Shown in pieces: positions 17,091 through 26,437 of a stretch of DNA of 64,000 bases (the first letter of the stretch is position 1; each line of letters begins with the position of its first letter). Under the pieces are notes generated by a model that ran no database searches, was not told the origin of the DNA, and saw nothing but the letters and a program-made list of their open reading frames with translations. A program made the translations under genes and the position numbers. Source of the stretch: Thalassolituus hydrocarboniclasticus. GTDB lineage: Bacteria > Pseudomonadota > Gammaproteobacteria > Pseudomonadales > Oceanobacteraceae. Location of the stretch: the NCBI RefSeq assembly GCF_025345565.1, contig NZ_CP054475.1:67845-131844 (forward strand), read 5' to 3'.

Positions 17091-19154
17091 ATGAATGATT
17101 TATCGCTTTTATCACTGTCTCATTACCGTAAGGCAGCGGTATTTTTATTGGTTTCTTTACTGGCTGCCTGTGGTGGCAGTGGAGGTTCGGGGGGCACCGA
17201 TCGGCTGCCAATTACCGGTATTGTCGCAGGACTGAATGGCACTGGCCTGATTTTGCAGAATAATAATGGTGATGACCTTGCGATTAGCGCGGATGGTAAT
17301 TTCCGCTTTGCCACAATGCATAACATTGGCAGTAGCTATAGCGTGACGGTCCTGCAGCAGCCGCAGCAGTTACAGCAGAACTGCCAGGTCAGTAATGGCA
17401 GTGGTGTGATTGGTGCTGACAGCGTACCGGTTCTGGTCAGTTGTACGGACGTTAAACCAGACACAGTGCCTGAACTCACTCTTGAATATGGTCAGAAAAC
17501 TTTCAGGTACAACTGGCAGCCGGTGGCAAATGCCAGCTATTACCGCCTTTATGAAAGCGTTGATGAGCAATCCGGTTATGTGCAGGTTGGGGCTGAGATT
17601 ACCGACACTCATTTTGAGCACACTGTCTCTTTGCATCAGCGGATGGGGGCCAGCTATCTGCTGGAGGCCTGTAATGGCGGAGGATGCACAATGTCTGCCC
17701 TGTCATTTCCTGATGTAAACCAGGCTATCGGCTACATCAAAGCATCAAACACCGATACGAAGCATGAATTCGGGGCTGTGCTTGCGCTGTCAGCAGATGG
17801 GACGACTTTAGTCGTTGCTGCTGACAGTGAAAGCAGCAGCGCCCGCGGTATTAACGGTGATCAGAATAATACCGATAGCATAAGATCGGGGGCGGTTTAT
17901 ATCTTTGGTCAGGAGTCTGGTCGCTGGGTTCAGAAGGCTTACATTAAATCCTCGAACAGTGACATAAGTGATTACTTTGGTTCTTCGCTGGGACTGTCTG
18001 CCGATGGCAATACGCTGGCTGTTGGGGCTCCTGGAGAAAGCAGCAGTAGCACAGGAGTTAATGGTGATCAGAATAACAATGATATGCCTTATTCAGGTGC
18101 TGTGTATATTTTCACCCGTAACGACAGCGGTTGGCAGCAACAGGGCTATCTGAAAGCAGCTGATGTTGGTGAATACGATCACTTTGGTCAGTCGCTGGAG
18201 TTGTCTGCTGCTGGTAACGTACTGGTGGTTGGTGCGCCTGGCGAAGACAGCAACGCAATGGGCATTAACGGTGATGGTGCGAACAATGACGTGCAGTCTT
18301 CGGGAGCGGCTTATGTATTCAGTCGCGGGAATAACGGTTGGCAGCAACAGGCTTATTTAAAAGCATCGAATACCGGTAACGGCGATCAGTATGGCACGTC
18401 AGTCAGTATTTCTGCCGATGCATTAACCATCGCAATCGGTGCTCCTAATGAAAGTGGTGGTTCGGTTGGAATTAATGGTGACCAGAGCCCCCATTCAGAT
18501 CAATATTATTCTGCCGGCGCAGTCTATGTGTATGCGTTCAGTGATAATAATTGGGCGCAACAGGCGTATATAAAAGGGGCTTATACTGATAGTGGTGACG
18601 ATATAGGGGAAGCGGTATCGTTATCAGCAGACGGCAATACTCTGTTGGCAACGGCGCTTCGTGAAGATGGCGGAGTGAGCGGTGTTAATGGCGTTGAATC
18701 GGATAATTCGGTACTGAACTCTGGTGCAGCTTATGTCTTTGTGCGCACAGGGACTGATTGGGCGCAACAGGCTTATCTGAAAGCATCGAACCCTGAAGGC
18801 TTTGACTCCTTAGGCGCCGTAGGTCAAATATCCTCAGATGGACGAACCATCGCTGTCCAGGCGAGAGAAGATAGCGGTGCGACAGGAATTAACGGTGATC
18901 AAAGTGATAATAATGCTGAACGCAGTGGTGCTGTTTATCTCTTTCACTGGAATGATGGCGAGTGGTTACAGCAGGCTTATGTTAAAGCGTCCAATACGGA
19001 TGAGTGGGATGAGTTTGGCTCAGGAATAGCGCTGAGTGCTGACGGCTCAATGCTGGCGGTTGGGGCCAAAAGAGAAAAATCAGCATCCAGGGGAATTGGT
19101 GGTGATCAGAGTGATAACACGCTGACAAATGCCGGTGCTGTATATTTGTATTAA
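17091..19154 (+). CDS. FG-GAP/integrin-alpha-type repeat beta-propeller lipoprotein (lower GC)
   Basis: Lipobox LLAAC plus GGSGGSGG linker. About 8 repeats of the form FGxxxxLSADGxTLxVGAPxE…GINGDQxxN…SGAVY[IV]F. Confidence 0.65.
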   Translation: MNDLSLLSLSHYRKAAVFLLVSLLAACGGSGGSGGTDRLPITGIVAGLNGTGLILQNNNGDDLAISADGNFRFATMHNIGSSYSVTVLQQPQQLQQNCQVSNGSGVIGADSVPVLVSCTDVKPDTVPELTLEYGQKTFRYNWQPVANASYYRLYESVDEQSGYVQVGAEITDTHFEHTVSLHQRMGASYLLEACNGGGCTMSALSFPDVNQAIGYIKASNTDTKHEFGAVLALSADGTTLVVAADSESSSARGINGDQNNTDSIRSGAVYIFGQESGRWVQKAYIKSSNSDISDYFGSSLGLSADGNTLAVGAPGESSSSTGVNGDQNNNDMPYSGAVYIFTRNDSGWQQQGYLKAADVGEYDHFGQSLELSAAGNVLVVGAPGEDSNAMGINGDGANNDVQSSGAAYVFSRGNNGWQQQAYLKASNTGNGDQYGTSVSISADALTIAIGAPNESGGSVGINGDQSPHSDQYYSAGAVYVYAFSDNNWAQQAYIKGAYTDSGDDIGEAVSLSADGNTLLATALREDGGVSGVNGVESDNSVLNSGAAYVFVRTGTDWAQQAYLKASNPEGFDSLGAVGQISSDGRTIAVQAREDSGATGINGDQSDNNAERSGAVYLFHWNDGEWLQQAYVKASNTDEWDEFGSGIALSADGSMLAVGAKREKSASRGIGGDQSDNTLTNAGAVYLY

Positions 19155-19175
19155 TGCGGGCATGGCAGGCGGATA

Positions 19176-21080
19176 TTATTCCGCCTGCTCCAGCTGTTCG
19201 GTTAATTCCATCCATTCCATTTCAATGTCTTCCAGCGCACTTTTCAGTTTGCCCTGCTCCTGCAGTAACTGATTAAGCTCTGCTTTGCGCCCGGCATCGT
19301 ACAGACCTGTGTCGGATAATTTTTCTTCGACCGCACTGAGCTGGGTCTGGAATTTCTCCATCTGCTTTTCCGCTGCCTGCTGTTGCTTGCGCAGGGGAGC
19401 CAGGCGCTGGCGTTTTTCGGCATCGAGACGTTTCTGCTCTTTGCGATCTGCCTGTGGCACGTTGGCCACAGCGCTGGCTGCAGGTGTCACTGTACCGTCG
19501 CTACCATCGGCAGGCATTTCTTCCCGCTGTTGCAGATAGTGATGGTAATCGTCGAGGTCGCCATCAAACTCCTGCACTTTGCCGTTATCGACCAGCCAGT
19601 ATTCATCGACGGTTGCTTTTAATAAGTGACGGTCGTGGCTGACAATTAAAATTGCACCGGGGAAATTCTGCAGCGCCAGCGTTAAGGCTTCGCGCATTTC
19701 GATATCCAGATGGTTGGTCGGCTCATCCAGAATCAGCAGGTTGGGTTTCATCCAGGCGACACAGGCCAGCGCCATGCGGGCTTTTTCACCACCGGAAAAG
19801 GGCTCGATCACTTCCAGAGCTTTATCACCATGAAAACCAAAACCGCCGAGGAAATTACGGATCTCCTGGTCGGATGCTTTCGGTTTTAAACGCTGCAATA
19901 TTAGTGCGCCGGAGGCTTTTACATCCAGCGATTCCAGCTGGTGCTGAGCGTAGTAACCAATGCGCAGATGTTCCCCTTCGGAGCGTTCACCGCTGAGCAT
20001 GGCAATTTCGTTACACAGGGTTTTCAGCAGCGTTGATTTACCCGCGCCGTTAGGGCCGAGCAGACCGACGCGATGACCCGGTACAATCGACAGGCGCACA
20101 TCGGGCAGAATGGTTTTGCCAGCATAACCCAGTGCAGCATGATCAATGGCCAGCAGTGGTGCCGACATTTTTTCGTAGCACGGAAATTCAAAGCGGAAAG
20201 GTGAATCCACATGCGCCGGCGCAATCAGCTCCATACGCTGTAATTCTTTTAAGCGGCTCTGTGCCTGTTTGGCCTTACTGGCCTTGGCGCGGAAGCGGGC
20301 AACGAACTGTTCGATCTCGGCCACGCGTACCTGTTGTTTTTCAAACAGCGTTTGCTGCTGCGCGAGTTTTTCCGCACGAATACGTTCGTAGGCGCTGTAA
20401 TTGCCCGGATAGAGCGTCAGCGTCTGCTGATGCAGGTGAACAATATTGTTGGCCACACCGTCGATAAAATCGCGGTCATGGGAAATAAATAACAGTGTGC
20501 CGGGATAATTTTTCAGCCACTGCTCAAGCCACAGGGTTGCTTCGAGATCCAGGTGGTTGGTTGGTTCGTCGAGCAGCAGTAAATCGGACGGCATCATCAG
20601 CGCCTGCGCCAGATTCAGGCGGATACGCCAGCCACCGGAAAAGCTTTTAACCGGACGCTGTAATTCTTCTTTGCTGAAGCCCAGGCCGTGCAGCAGCTGC
20701 TCGGCTTTTACCGGCACGCTGTAACCCTGGTGCTGATCCATCTGATCCAGCCAGTGGGTCAGATCGTTATCGTTCTGAGCGTTGGCAATGCCGTGCTCGA
20801 TGCGGCGGTAAATGGCATCGCCGTCCATCGCGTAATCCAGCGCACTGCGCTCGCTGGCTTCCACTTCCTGACGCATATGGGCAATGCGCCACTTTGGCGG
20901 AATGTACAGATCGCCACCGTCCACCTGCAGCTCACCGTTCAGCAGGGCGAACAGACTGGATTTACCGGCACCATTAGGACCGATCAACGCCATTTTCTGC
21001 CCATCATGAATACGCAGCTGGCAGTCTTTGAGCAGAGTTTGCGTTCCGCGCTGCAGGGAAACCTGATTAAATTCGATCAT
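19176..21080 (-). CDS. yheS: ABC-F family ATPase, YheS-like (two ABC domains plus a C-terminal coiled coil). The start is reassigned to MIEFNQ….
   Basis: Close match to E. coli YheS, including the inter-domain linker RFRAKASKAKQAQSRLKELQRMELIAPAHVDSPFRF. Two Walker A sites (GPNGAGKSS and GPNGAGKST). Confidence 0.85.
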   Translation of the reverse strand: MIEFNQVSLQRGTQTLLKDCQLRIHDGQKMALIGPNGAGKSSLFALLNGELQVDGGDLYIPPKWRIAHMRQEVEASERSALDYAMDGDAIYRRIEHGIANAQNDNDLTHWLDQMDQHQGYSVPVKAEQLLHGLGFSKEELQRPVKSFSGGWRIRLNLAQALMMPSDLLLLDEPTNHLDLEATLWLEQWLKNYPGTLLFISHDRDFIDGVANNIVHLHQQTLTLYPGNYSAYERIRAEKLAQQQTLFEKQQVRVAEIEQFVARFRAKASKAKQAQSRLKELQRMELIAPAHVDSPFRFEFPCYEKMSAPLLAIDHAALGYAGKTILPDVRLSIVPGHRVGLLGPNGAGKSTLLKTLCNEIAMLSGERSEGEHLRIGYYAQHQLESLDVKASGALILQRLKPKASDQEIRNFLGGFGFHGDKALEVIEPFSGGEKARMALACVAWMKPNLLILDEPTNHLDIEMREALTLALQNFPGAILIVSHDRHLLKATVDEYWLVDNGKVQEFDGDLDDYHHYLQQREEMPADGSDGTVTPAASAVANVPQADRKEQKRLDAEKRQRLAPLRKQQQAAEKQMEKFQTQLSAVEEKLSDTGLYDAGRKAELNQLLQEQGKLKSALEDIEMEWMELTEQLEQAE

Positions 21081-21106
21081 AACTTGGCTAATTAAAGGTG
21101 ACGGCA

Positions 21107-21622
21107 ATGGCGGCGCAGTTTGCCACAGAAAGCGGCGATAACCCACTGTGGGAGTTTGCCCTGACATTTTATGCACGCCCCGGAGTGCAACAGACGTTGC
21201 TGAGCCTGCAGAACGATACCGGTATGGATGTGCTGTTGCTGCTGACGGCTGTTTGGCTGGGGAAACAGCGGCGTCTGCTACCGCCGGATCTGAGTGGTGC
21301 TGGTACCTATTTCAGCTGGCGTCAGCAGGTGATTCTGCCAATACGGCAGGCACGTTCACACTTAAATGCCGAACCGCTGCGCTCGCAGCAGGCAGTATTA
21401 CGTAAGCAATTACTGCAAAGTGAATTGCAGGCGGAACAGGAAGGTATACGGCTGATATTCACCTGGCTGCAACAGCAGGCACAGACAGAACAGGAAGATT
21501 GTTGCGCGGCTAATCTGGCGTTGCTGCAGAGCATTACAGTGGCCAATAACGGCGCAGTGACAGCGCAAAAAAAAGAGGCCCGTGGGCCTCTTTTACAACA
21601 GCTGTTATTACTGGCGGAGTAA
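21107..21622 (+). CDS. Conserved hypothetical protein (possibly TIGR02444/DUF2390-like), diverging from yheS
   Basis: RBS aaaggtgacggcaATG. 171 aa. N-terminal LWEFALTFYARPGVQ motif. The family assignment is from memory only. Confidence 0.45.
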   Translation: MAAQFATESGDNPLWEFALTFYARPGVQQTLLSLQNDTGMDVLLLLTAVWLGKQRRLLPPDLSGAGTYFSWRQQVILPIRQARSHLNAEPLRSQQAVLRKQLLQSELQAEQEGIRLIFTWLQQQAQTEQEDCCAANLALLQSITVANNGAVTAQKKEARGPLLQQLLLLAE

Positions 21623-21650
21623 CTCCGCCAGATAATGACAATGCCGCGGC

Positions 21651-22748
21651 TTAGTTATTACCGAACAGGCTGGACTTGTCGCTGTCTTCAGCCGGAGTTT
21701 CAGTAGCAGGAGCTTCGGCTACTGGTGCTGCTGGTGCTTCTGCTACAGGTGCTTCAGCCTTTGCGTTTTCAACGACGGGTGTTTCAGCTTTTTCAACAAC
21801 AGGCGCTGCAACAACCGGTGCTTCAACCTTTGCGGCTTCAACGGCAACGTCTTTCACTTCTGCTTCAGCAGCAGCGGCGACAGGAGCTGCTGGTTTAGCG
21901 GCTGGCTTTTTCGCAACAGGTTTTTTAGCAGCAGGCTTGGCGGCCGCTTTCTTAACCGCTGGTTTGGCGGCTGCAGGTTTAGCAGCGGCTTTGGTTGCAG
22001 GTTTAGCAGCAGTTGTTTTCTTGGCGGCAGGCTTGGCAGCGGCTTTCTTAGCCGGAGCTTTTTTGGCAGCCGCTGGTTTTTCGGCAGCAGCAGGAGCAGC
22101 TGGCTGAGCAGCAACGGCTTTTTTCACGGCAGGCTTACGGGCGACGGCTTTCTTTTTGGCCGGTGCCTTGGTTGCCAGTTTGGCCTGAGCTTTTTCAAAA
22201 TCAGCGATCACTTTGTCCAGAGCCGCGCGTGATTTTGCTTCCAGAGTCAGGGTGGCCAGTGCTGCTTTAGCAGCAACCGCTGCTTCTTTGGCAGCTGCAG
22301 CTTCAGTTTTAGCAGCTTCTACACGGCCGCGCGCAGTTTCCAGCTGGCGCACACCGGCAGGGGTTTTCTTGGCTTTTACTTTCTCAGCAACAGTTTTGCG
22401 TGCTGCATTAGCTTTGGCCAGTTTTTCATTGGCTTTGGTCTGAGTGGCTGTTGCTTTGGCTACTGCCTTCTCTGCATCGCTCAGTTCTTTGGCGCGGGCA
22501 GTGGCCAGTTTGGCCTGCAGCGCAGCGATATCTTTTTCCAGTTGCTGTACTGCGCTCAGAGCGGTTGCTTTCGCAACGACTTTTTTAACCGCCGCTTTTT
22601 TCGCTACCGGCTTCTTCGCTACAACTTTTTTGGCAACAGGTTTTTTAACTGCTGCTTTCTTAACAACAGCTTTAGCTGCTGTTTTTACTGCAGTTTTTGC
22701 TTTGGGTTGAGCGGCTTTTTTAGCTGGTGCTTTTTTGCGGGCGGCCAT
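21651..22748 (-). CDS. algP: AlgP-like histone H1-like Ala/Lys-rich protein with KPAAKK-type repeats. The start is reassigned to MAARKK.
   Basis: RBS gaggaattgcatATG. N-terminal coiled-coil segment followed by (A/K/P)-rich repeats AKKPVAKKAAVKK… and AAKPAAKK…, as in Pseudomonas AlgP. algQ(rsd) is nearby. Confidence 0.7.
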   Translation of the reverse strand: MAARKKAPAKKAAQPKAKTAVKTAAKAVVKKAAVKKPVAKKVVAKKPVAKKAAVKKVVAKATALSAVQQLEKDIAALQAKLATARAKELSDAEKAVAKATATQTKANEKLAKANAARKTVAEKVKAKKTPAGVRQLETARGRVEAAKTEAAAAKEAAVAAKAALATLTLEAKSRAALDKVIADFEKAQAKLATKAPAKKKAVARKPAVKKAVAAQPAAPAAAEKPAAAKKAPAKKAAAKPAAKKTTAAKPATKAAAKPAAAKPAVKKAAAKPAAKKPVAKKPAAKPAAPVAAAAEAEVKDVAVEAAKVEAPVVAAPVVEKAETPVVENAKAEAPVAEAPAAPVAEAPATETPAEDSDKSSLFGNN

Positions 22749-22794
22749 ATGCAATTCCTCGTTGGAGTTTGATCGTCGGTGCATTATACGAAAT

Positions 22795-22833
22795 GAAATA
22801 AATTCATCTATTTATTTTAGATGAATTTATTTT
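22795..22833. promoter_or_regulatory. AT-rich 16-bp inverted repeat (gaaataaattcatcta-N8-tagatgaatttatttt) overlapping the -35 region of the putative algP promoter (TATAAT at ~22780) and abutting the parA-like stop codon
   Basis: Read directly; 15 of 16 positions are complementary. Confidence 0.45.
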
Positions 22834-23576
22834 TATTTATCGCTCTGGGGACGAATATTTTCAATGGTATTACTCAACCATTGCAGCAAAGGCTGCCATT
22901 CTTTTTCGTCTTTTGAATCCTGCTGATCAAAGTCGACCAGTCCCAGTCCATGCTCACTGGCACGGACATAAAACTGCGTATCACGCAGAGCGGCGATAAA
23001 TGGAATTTGCAGGCTGTTAAGAAAACGTTCGAGCTTGGCATAAATCAGCGTATTTTTCCGTACCCGGTTGGCGACCACAGCAATAGGCTTGGGGTTAATA
23101 CGATAGGCACGGGAGAGAAGAACATCGCGGATAAAACCGGTAGCAGCACGGATATCGATAGCCGATGGGATCACAGGAATTACGATCATGTCAGATTGCT
23201 GAATAAGATCGGATAATTCGTTGCCGGCAAGCCCCGCCGGAGTATCAAGAACGATACGGCTGGTATCCGATGGCACGCGCAGACTCCAGGTACGGGTCGA
23301 AGCACTGGGGGTATGTCGCTGATAGGCTGCAACACCGCTGATTCTCGGCAAGTGCTGGTCGCGTGCCTGCAACCAGTCCATGGAAGACCCCTGCGGGTCG
23401 TAATCAATCAATGCCGTGACTTCGCCCAAACGGGAAAAGTAGCTGGCCAGATTGGTTGCCATGGTGGTTTTGCCACAGCCGCCCTTGGCGTTCGCAACCA
23501 TAATGCGAACAGGAGCTGCACGACTGACAACCCGGACGGTTGCCGGAGCATCTTGTGGCGTTAGTGTTTCTGTCAC
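22833..23576 (-). CDS. Orphan ParA/MinD-family P-loop ATPase (no parB in the window)
   Basis: Deviant Walker A MVANAKGGCGKTT after a 25-aa N-extension. ParA-like length and motifs. The true start could be the internal Met (23501). Confidence 0.7.
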   Translation of the reverse strand: MTETLTPQDAPATVRVVSRAAPVRIMVANAKGGCGKTTMATNLASYFSRLGEVTALIDYDPQGSSMDWLQARDQHLPRISGVAAYQRHTPSASTRTWSLRVPSDTSRIVLDTPAGLAGNELSDLIQQSDMIVIPVIPSAIDIRAATGFIRDVLLSRAYRINPKPIAVVANRVRKNTLIYAKLERFLNSLQIPFIAALRDTQFYVRASEHGLGLVDFDQQDSKDEKEWQPLLQWLSNTIENIRPQSDK

Positions 23577-23723
23577 TTAAATATCCCTGTTTTCCCGGAT
23601 TATGATGCAATGGAACTCAGACTATTCCGGGTGTGCCGATCGTGATTCGGGCGCTCTTTGCCCAGCGCATTTGTAGCATAGGTTATAATCTCTGGCCGAG
23701 GAATGAATCACAAGGATGAAAAA

Positions 23724-24164
23724 ATGAAAAGCAAAATAGCATTTGCACTCGTGTTTCTGCTGCTGGCCATTGCAGCACCTTATTTTATTAAGGGGCCGGA
23801 TGGCAAACCACTGTTGTCGTTTGAACAGACAGATGGACTACTTTCCAGCGAAGATACCCGGCAGACATACTATAAATGGCAGGATAAGAGTGGCGTCTGG
23901 CATTTTGGTGATGACATTCCCGAGGGGGTAACGGCGCAGGCTGTGGATATTGATACCGCGGCTAATGTGGTTCAGAGCGTTAAGCTGACTGGCAAAGAGG
24001 GCGCAGACAGTACGGAGAATAAAACACAGCAGGAGCCTGCGTTAACGCTGCCCGGCTTGCCGATGACAGTGAATCCGGCGGATATTCCCAAACTGCTGGA
24101 GGATGCCAGCAATGTTCAGTCGCTGGTCGACCAGCATAAAAAAGAGATTGATCAGGCGCGCTGA
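23724..24164 (+). CDS. DUF4124-domain secreted protein
   Basis: RBS aaggatgaaaaaATG. Signal peptide. YKWQDKSGVWHFGDDIP motif typical of DUF4124. Confidence 0.6.
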   Translation: MKSKIAFALVFLLLAIAAPYFIKGPDGKPLLSFEQTDGLLSSEDTRQTYYKWQDKSGVWHFGDDIPEGVTAQAVDIDTAANVVQSVKLTGKEGADSTENKTQQEPALTLPGLPMTVNPADIPKLLEDASNVQSLVDQHKKEIDQAR

Positions 24165-24202
24165 ACAGGTTGCTCAGAATATTCAGCGCAAAGGAAAGAG
24201 CG

Positions 24203-25171
24203 TCAGCGCAGAAAATACAGCAGGCCATTCGAGCCTGCGGCCAGCCATTCGCCGTTGTGAAAAGCGACGTCTTCAACCAGCACATTATTGCTTACCCAGG
24301 TATCACGCGGACTGGCGCGCCAGATTCTGCTGCGTTCGCCTGAGGCGGTATCCCACAGCTCGATCTGGCCTGAGCTGTTACCGGTTAACAGTTGGCTGTT
24401 ATTGGCAGAAAAACGCGCGGCACTGTAATGCCCACGGGTGCGGCCAATCTGTTGCAGCAGACGTCCGGAAGCCGCATCCCATATTTTTCCGCTCTCGTTT
24501 AAGGCCGAGGTAAACAATAAGCGACCATCGGCTGAGAGCTGAGCGGTTTTTACCTGATTATTGTGTTTAAGCTGGTGCAGTAATTTACCGTTCTCCAGAT
24601 TCCAGATACGGGCGTTCAGGTCGTCGCTGGCGCTGGCAGCGAGCAGGCTGTTGTCGCTGATACTGACATCGTACACCGTGCCGTCATGCGCGAGACGCAG
24701 ACGGATCCCTCCGTTTTTAATATCAAATAATGTGGCGGTGTAATCATTCATCGCCAGCAGTGCATAGCCGCCATTACTGGTCAGGGCGATGTCGGCGATA
24801 TCGCCGGGAGAGTTCCAGAACCACACGGCTTCGCCGCTGTCGCGTGCCCAGAGCACGATGGTGCGGTTATCGGTGGTGGCAACAAAGTTACCTTCCGGTG
24901 AGAACGCACCGTTGGTGATATTGCTGTAGCCTTCGGCTTTGTGATTCCAGTCGATCAGACGTTCGGCCGGACTGGTGCTCCACAGGCTGCCACCATGATG
25001 CAGACTGCCGACCAGCAATTCGTCTCCGCTGGCAGAAAAGTTCATGGAGTAAGCACCTTGCCGGGCAACTTCGCGAATATCGGCAGGTGTGTCGCCACTG
25101 TCACAGGCGCTCAGCAGCAGGGTCAGGGGGAGGAATAAAACAGCAGAAAAATGCTGTACAGACAGAGCCAT
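24203..25171 (-). CDS. WD40-like beta-propeller lipoprotein
   Basis: Lipobox LLSAC. Repeated …DG…S.D…..W… WD-like blades (for example LLHQLKHNNQVKTAQLSADGRLLFTSALNESGKIWD). Confidence 0.6.
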   Translation of the reverse strand: MALSVQHFSAVLFLPLTLLLSACDSGDTPADIREVARQGAYSMNFSASGDELLVGSLHHGGSLWSTSPAERLIDWNHKAEGYSNITNGAFSPEGNFVATTDNRTIVLWARDSGEAVWFWNSPGDIADIALTSNGGYALLAMNDYTATLFDIKNGGIRLRLAHDGTVYDVSISDNSLLAASASDDLNARIWNLENGKLLHQLKHNNQVKTAQLSADGRLLFTSALNESGKIWDAASGRLLQQIGRTRGHYSAARFSANNSQLLTGNSSGQIELWDTASGERSRIWRASPRDTWVSNNVLVEDVAFHNGEWLAAGSNGLLYFLR

Positions 25172-25269
25172 GACAAATCCGTTGCAGATAAATTCTGTAT
25201 CAGTGTAGTTGCTCTGGCAGAATTGTGTGGCTCCTGCGGGAGCAGGAGCCGACGCTGAGGGGGTATTGG

Positions 25270-25743
25270 CTAACCGGTAACGAGTTCGCGGTGAATGGTG
25301 TGCAGGCGTTCGATTAACTGATCTTCCAGTTCAAAGCGTTCTTCCAGAATTTCACCGATTGCCGATAAATCTTTTGGCAGCTGGGCCAGTTCTTCAAAGG
25401 TGCAATGCTGGTCGTAGGTATCATTAAAATCGACACAGCGTCCGGTCAGTTCATCGAGTTTGGGAACCAGGGTGGAAGCCAGCTCCAGGCCACCATCATC
25501 GTATTCTTTCGCTTCGTTGATCAGCTGTTCGTAAATTTCAAAATGACCGGCAGAGCAGTAATCCATCATGCTCTGACAGAAGCGCTGAATGCCCGGCCCC
25601 AGCGGTTGTTCCGCTGACAGCGGTTTGCTGGCTGACAGATTGCAGAACAGAACGATGAGTTCCTGACGACTGTTAAGCCAGCCATCAATCAGTTTGTGAA
25701 CGCCGCCCCAGCGTTCCTGTGCAGTTTTGCAGCCTTCCAGCAT
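25270..25743 (-). CDS. rsd: Regulator of sigma D (Rsd/AlgQ), an anti-sigma-70 factor
   Basis: Matches E. coli Rsd (KLIDxWL..R..L.V..NL…FCQSMMDYCSAGHFEIYEQL…). Confidence 0.85.
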   Translation of the reverse strand: MLEGCKTAQERWGGVHKLIDGWLNSRQELIVLFCNLSASKPLSAEQPLGPGIQRFCQSMMDYCSAGHFEIYEQLINEAKEYDDGGLELASTLVPKLDELTGRCVDFNDTYDQHCTFEELAQLPKDLSAIGEILEERFELEDQLIERLHTIHRELVTG

Positions 25744-25906
25744 CTTCTTCTCCTTGGCGACCCTGCGTTGGTGTTCCGGGTCGCAGCATTATTGTTCTGA
25801 AGGTATGCAGACACTATAGGCCGGGCAAAAAGGGCGAGGCAAGCAGCTTTTTTCGCTTTTGCGCCTTGTGAAATCAAGGTTTTCTGCTTGCCTTCGGCGA
25901 TGCGAC

Positions 25907-26437
25907 TCAGCGCTGGCGGGGCCAGACCCGGAACAGGGCAAAAGCGGCGGCAAGGGCGTAGCCCAGGAACCACAAACGGGTCCACTCCGGCATGCTCAGG
26001 CCGATAAAACTCCAGGACACATCGGCGCAGTTACCGTTACCGCGCAGCATGACACCGATAAGTTCGCTCAGTGGCAGGGTTTCGATCAGATAGTCGAAGC
26101 CCGGACCACAGGCCGGAACTTCTTCCGGTGGCAGGTTCTGCAGCCAGACGTGGTGATCGGCGATCCAGACCCCGCCGATAGCCGACAGGAGCGTGAATAT
26201 TAATGCAGCACGTAATGCCCAGCTGGCTGGCCTGTCGCCCCGCTGACGGGCAATAAAAGCAGCGAGAAAACCCAGCCCGATCGCGAGCGTTGCCAGTCGC
26301 TGCACCATGCACAGCGGGCAGGGCTCAAGATAGAGCGCGTATTCAAAGTAATAAGCCGCGGCGAGCAGTGCAGCGCAGGACAGAAAACCGGCCAGATAGC
26401 CGTGATGTAATGACAGAGATTTAAGAAATGTTTTCAT
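25907..26437 (-). CDS. dsbB: Disulfide bond formation protein DsbB. The start is reassigned to MKTFLK….
   Basis: Four TM helices. CxxC (CPLCMVQR) in periplasmic loop 1 and a Cys pair in loop 2 (…PACGPGFDY… NGNCADVSW). A long terminator hairpin lies downstream. Confidence 0.85.
   Translation of the reverse strand: MKTFLKSLSLHHGYLAGFLSCAALLAAAYYFEYALYLEPCPLCMVQRLATLAIGLGFLAAFIARQRGDRPASWALRAALIFTLLSAIGGVWIADHHVWLQNLPPEEVPACGPGFDYLIETLPLSELIGVMLRGNGNCADVSWSFIGLSMPEWTRLWFLGYALAAAFALFRVWPRQR

Noticed and set aside
19176-21176. Longer 666-aa version of the yheS ORF starting at 21176
   Set aside because: The 32-aa N-extension is not part of ABC-F proteins and would overlap the divergent gene. The E. 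coli YheS alignment begins at MIEFNQ (21080).
21676-22772. Cluster of plus-strand ORFs (21676..22107, 22213..22443, 22444..22710, 22542..22772) and a minus-strand frame 21854..22114 over the algP region
   Set aside because: The Ala/Lys-repeat coding sequence (GCn/AAR-rich) is open in several frames. Only the AlgP-like frame has a sensible start, RBS and known homologues.
25172-25269. Perfect 9-bp-stem palindrome GGCTCCTGCgggagCAGGAGCC downstream of rsd, considered as an intrinsic terminator
   Set aside because: No T-tract follows on either strand. More likely a REP-like or structural element. Kept only as a note.
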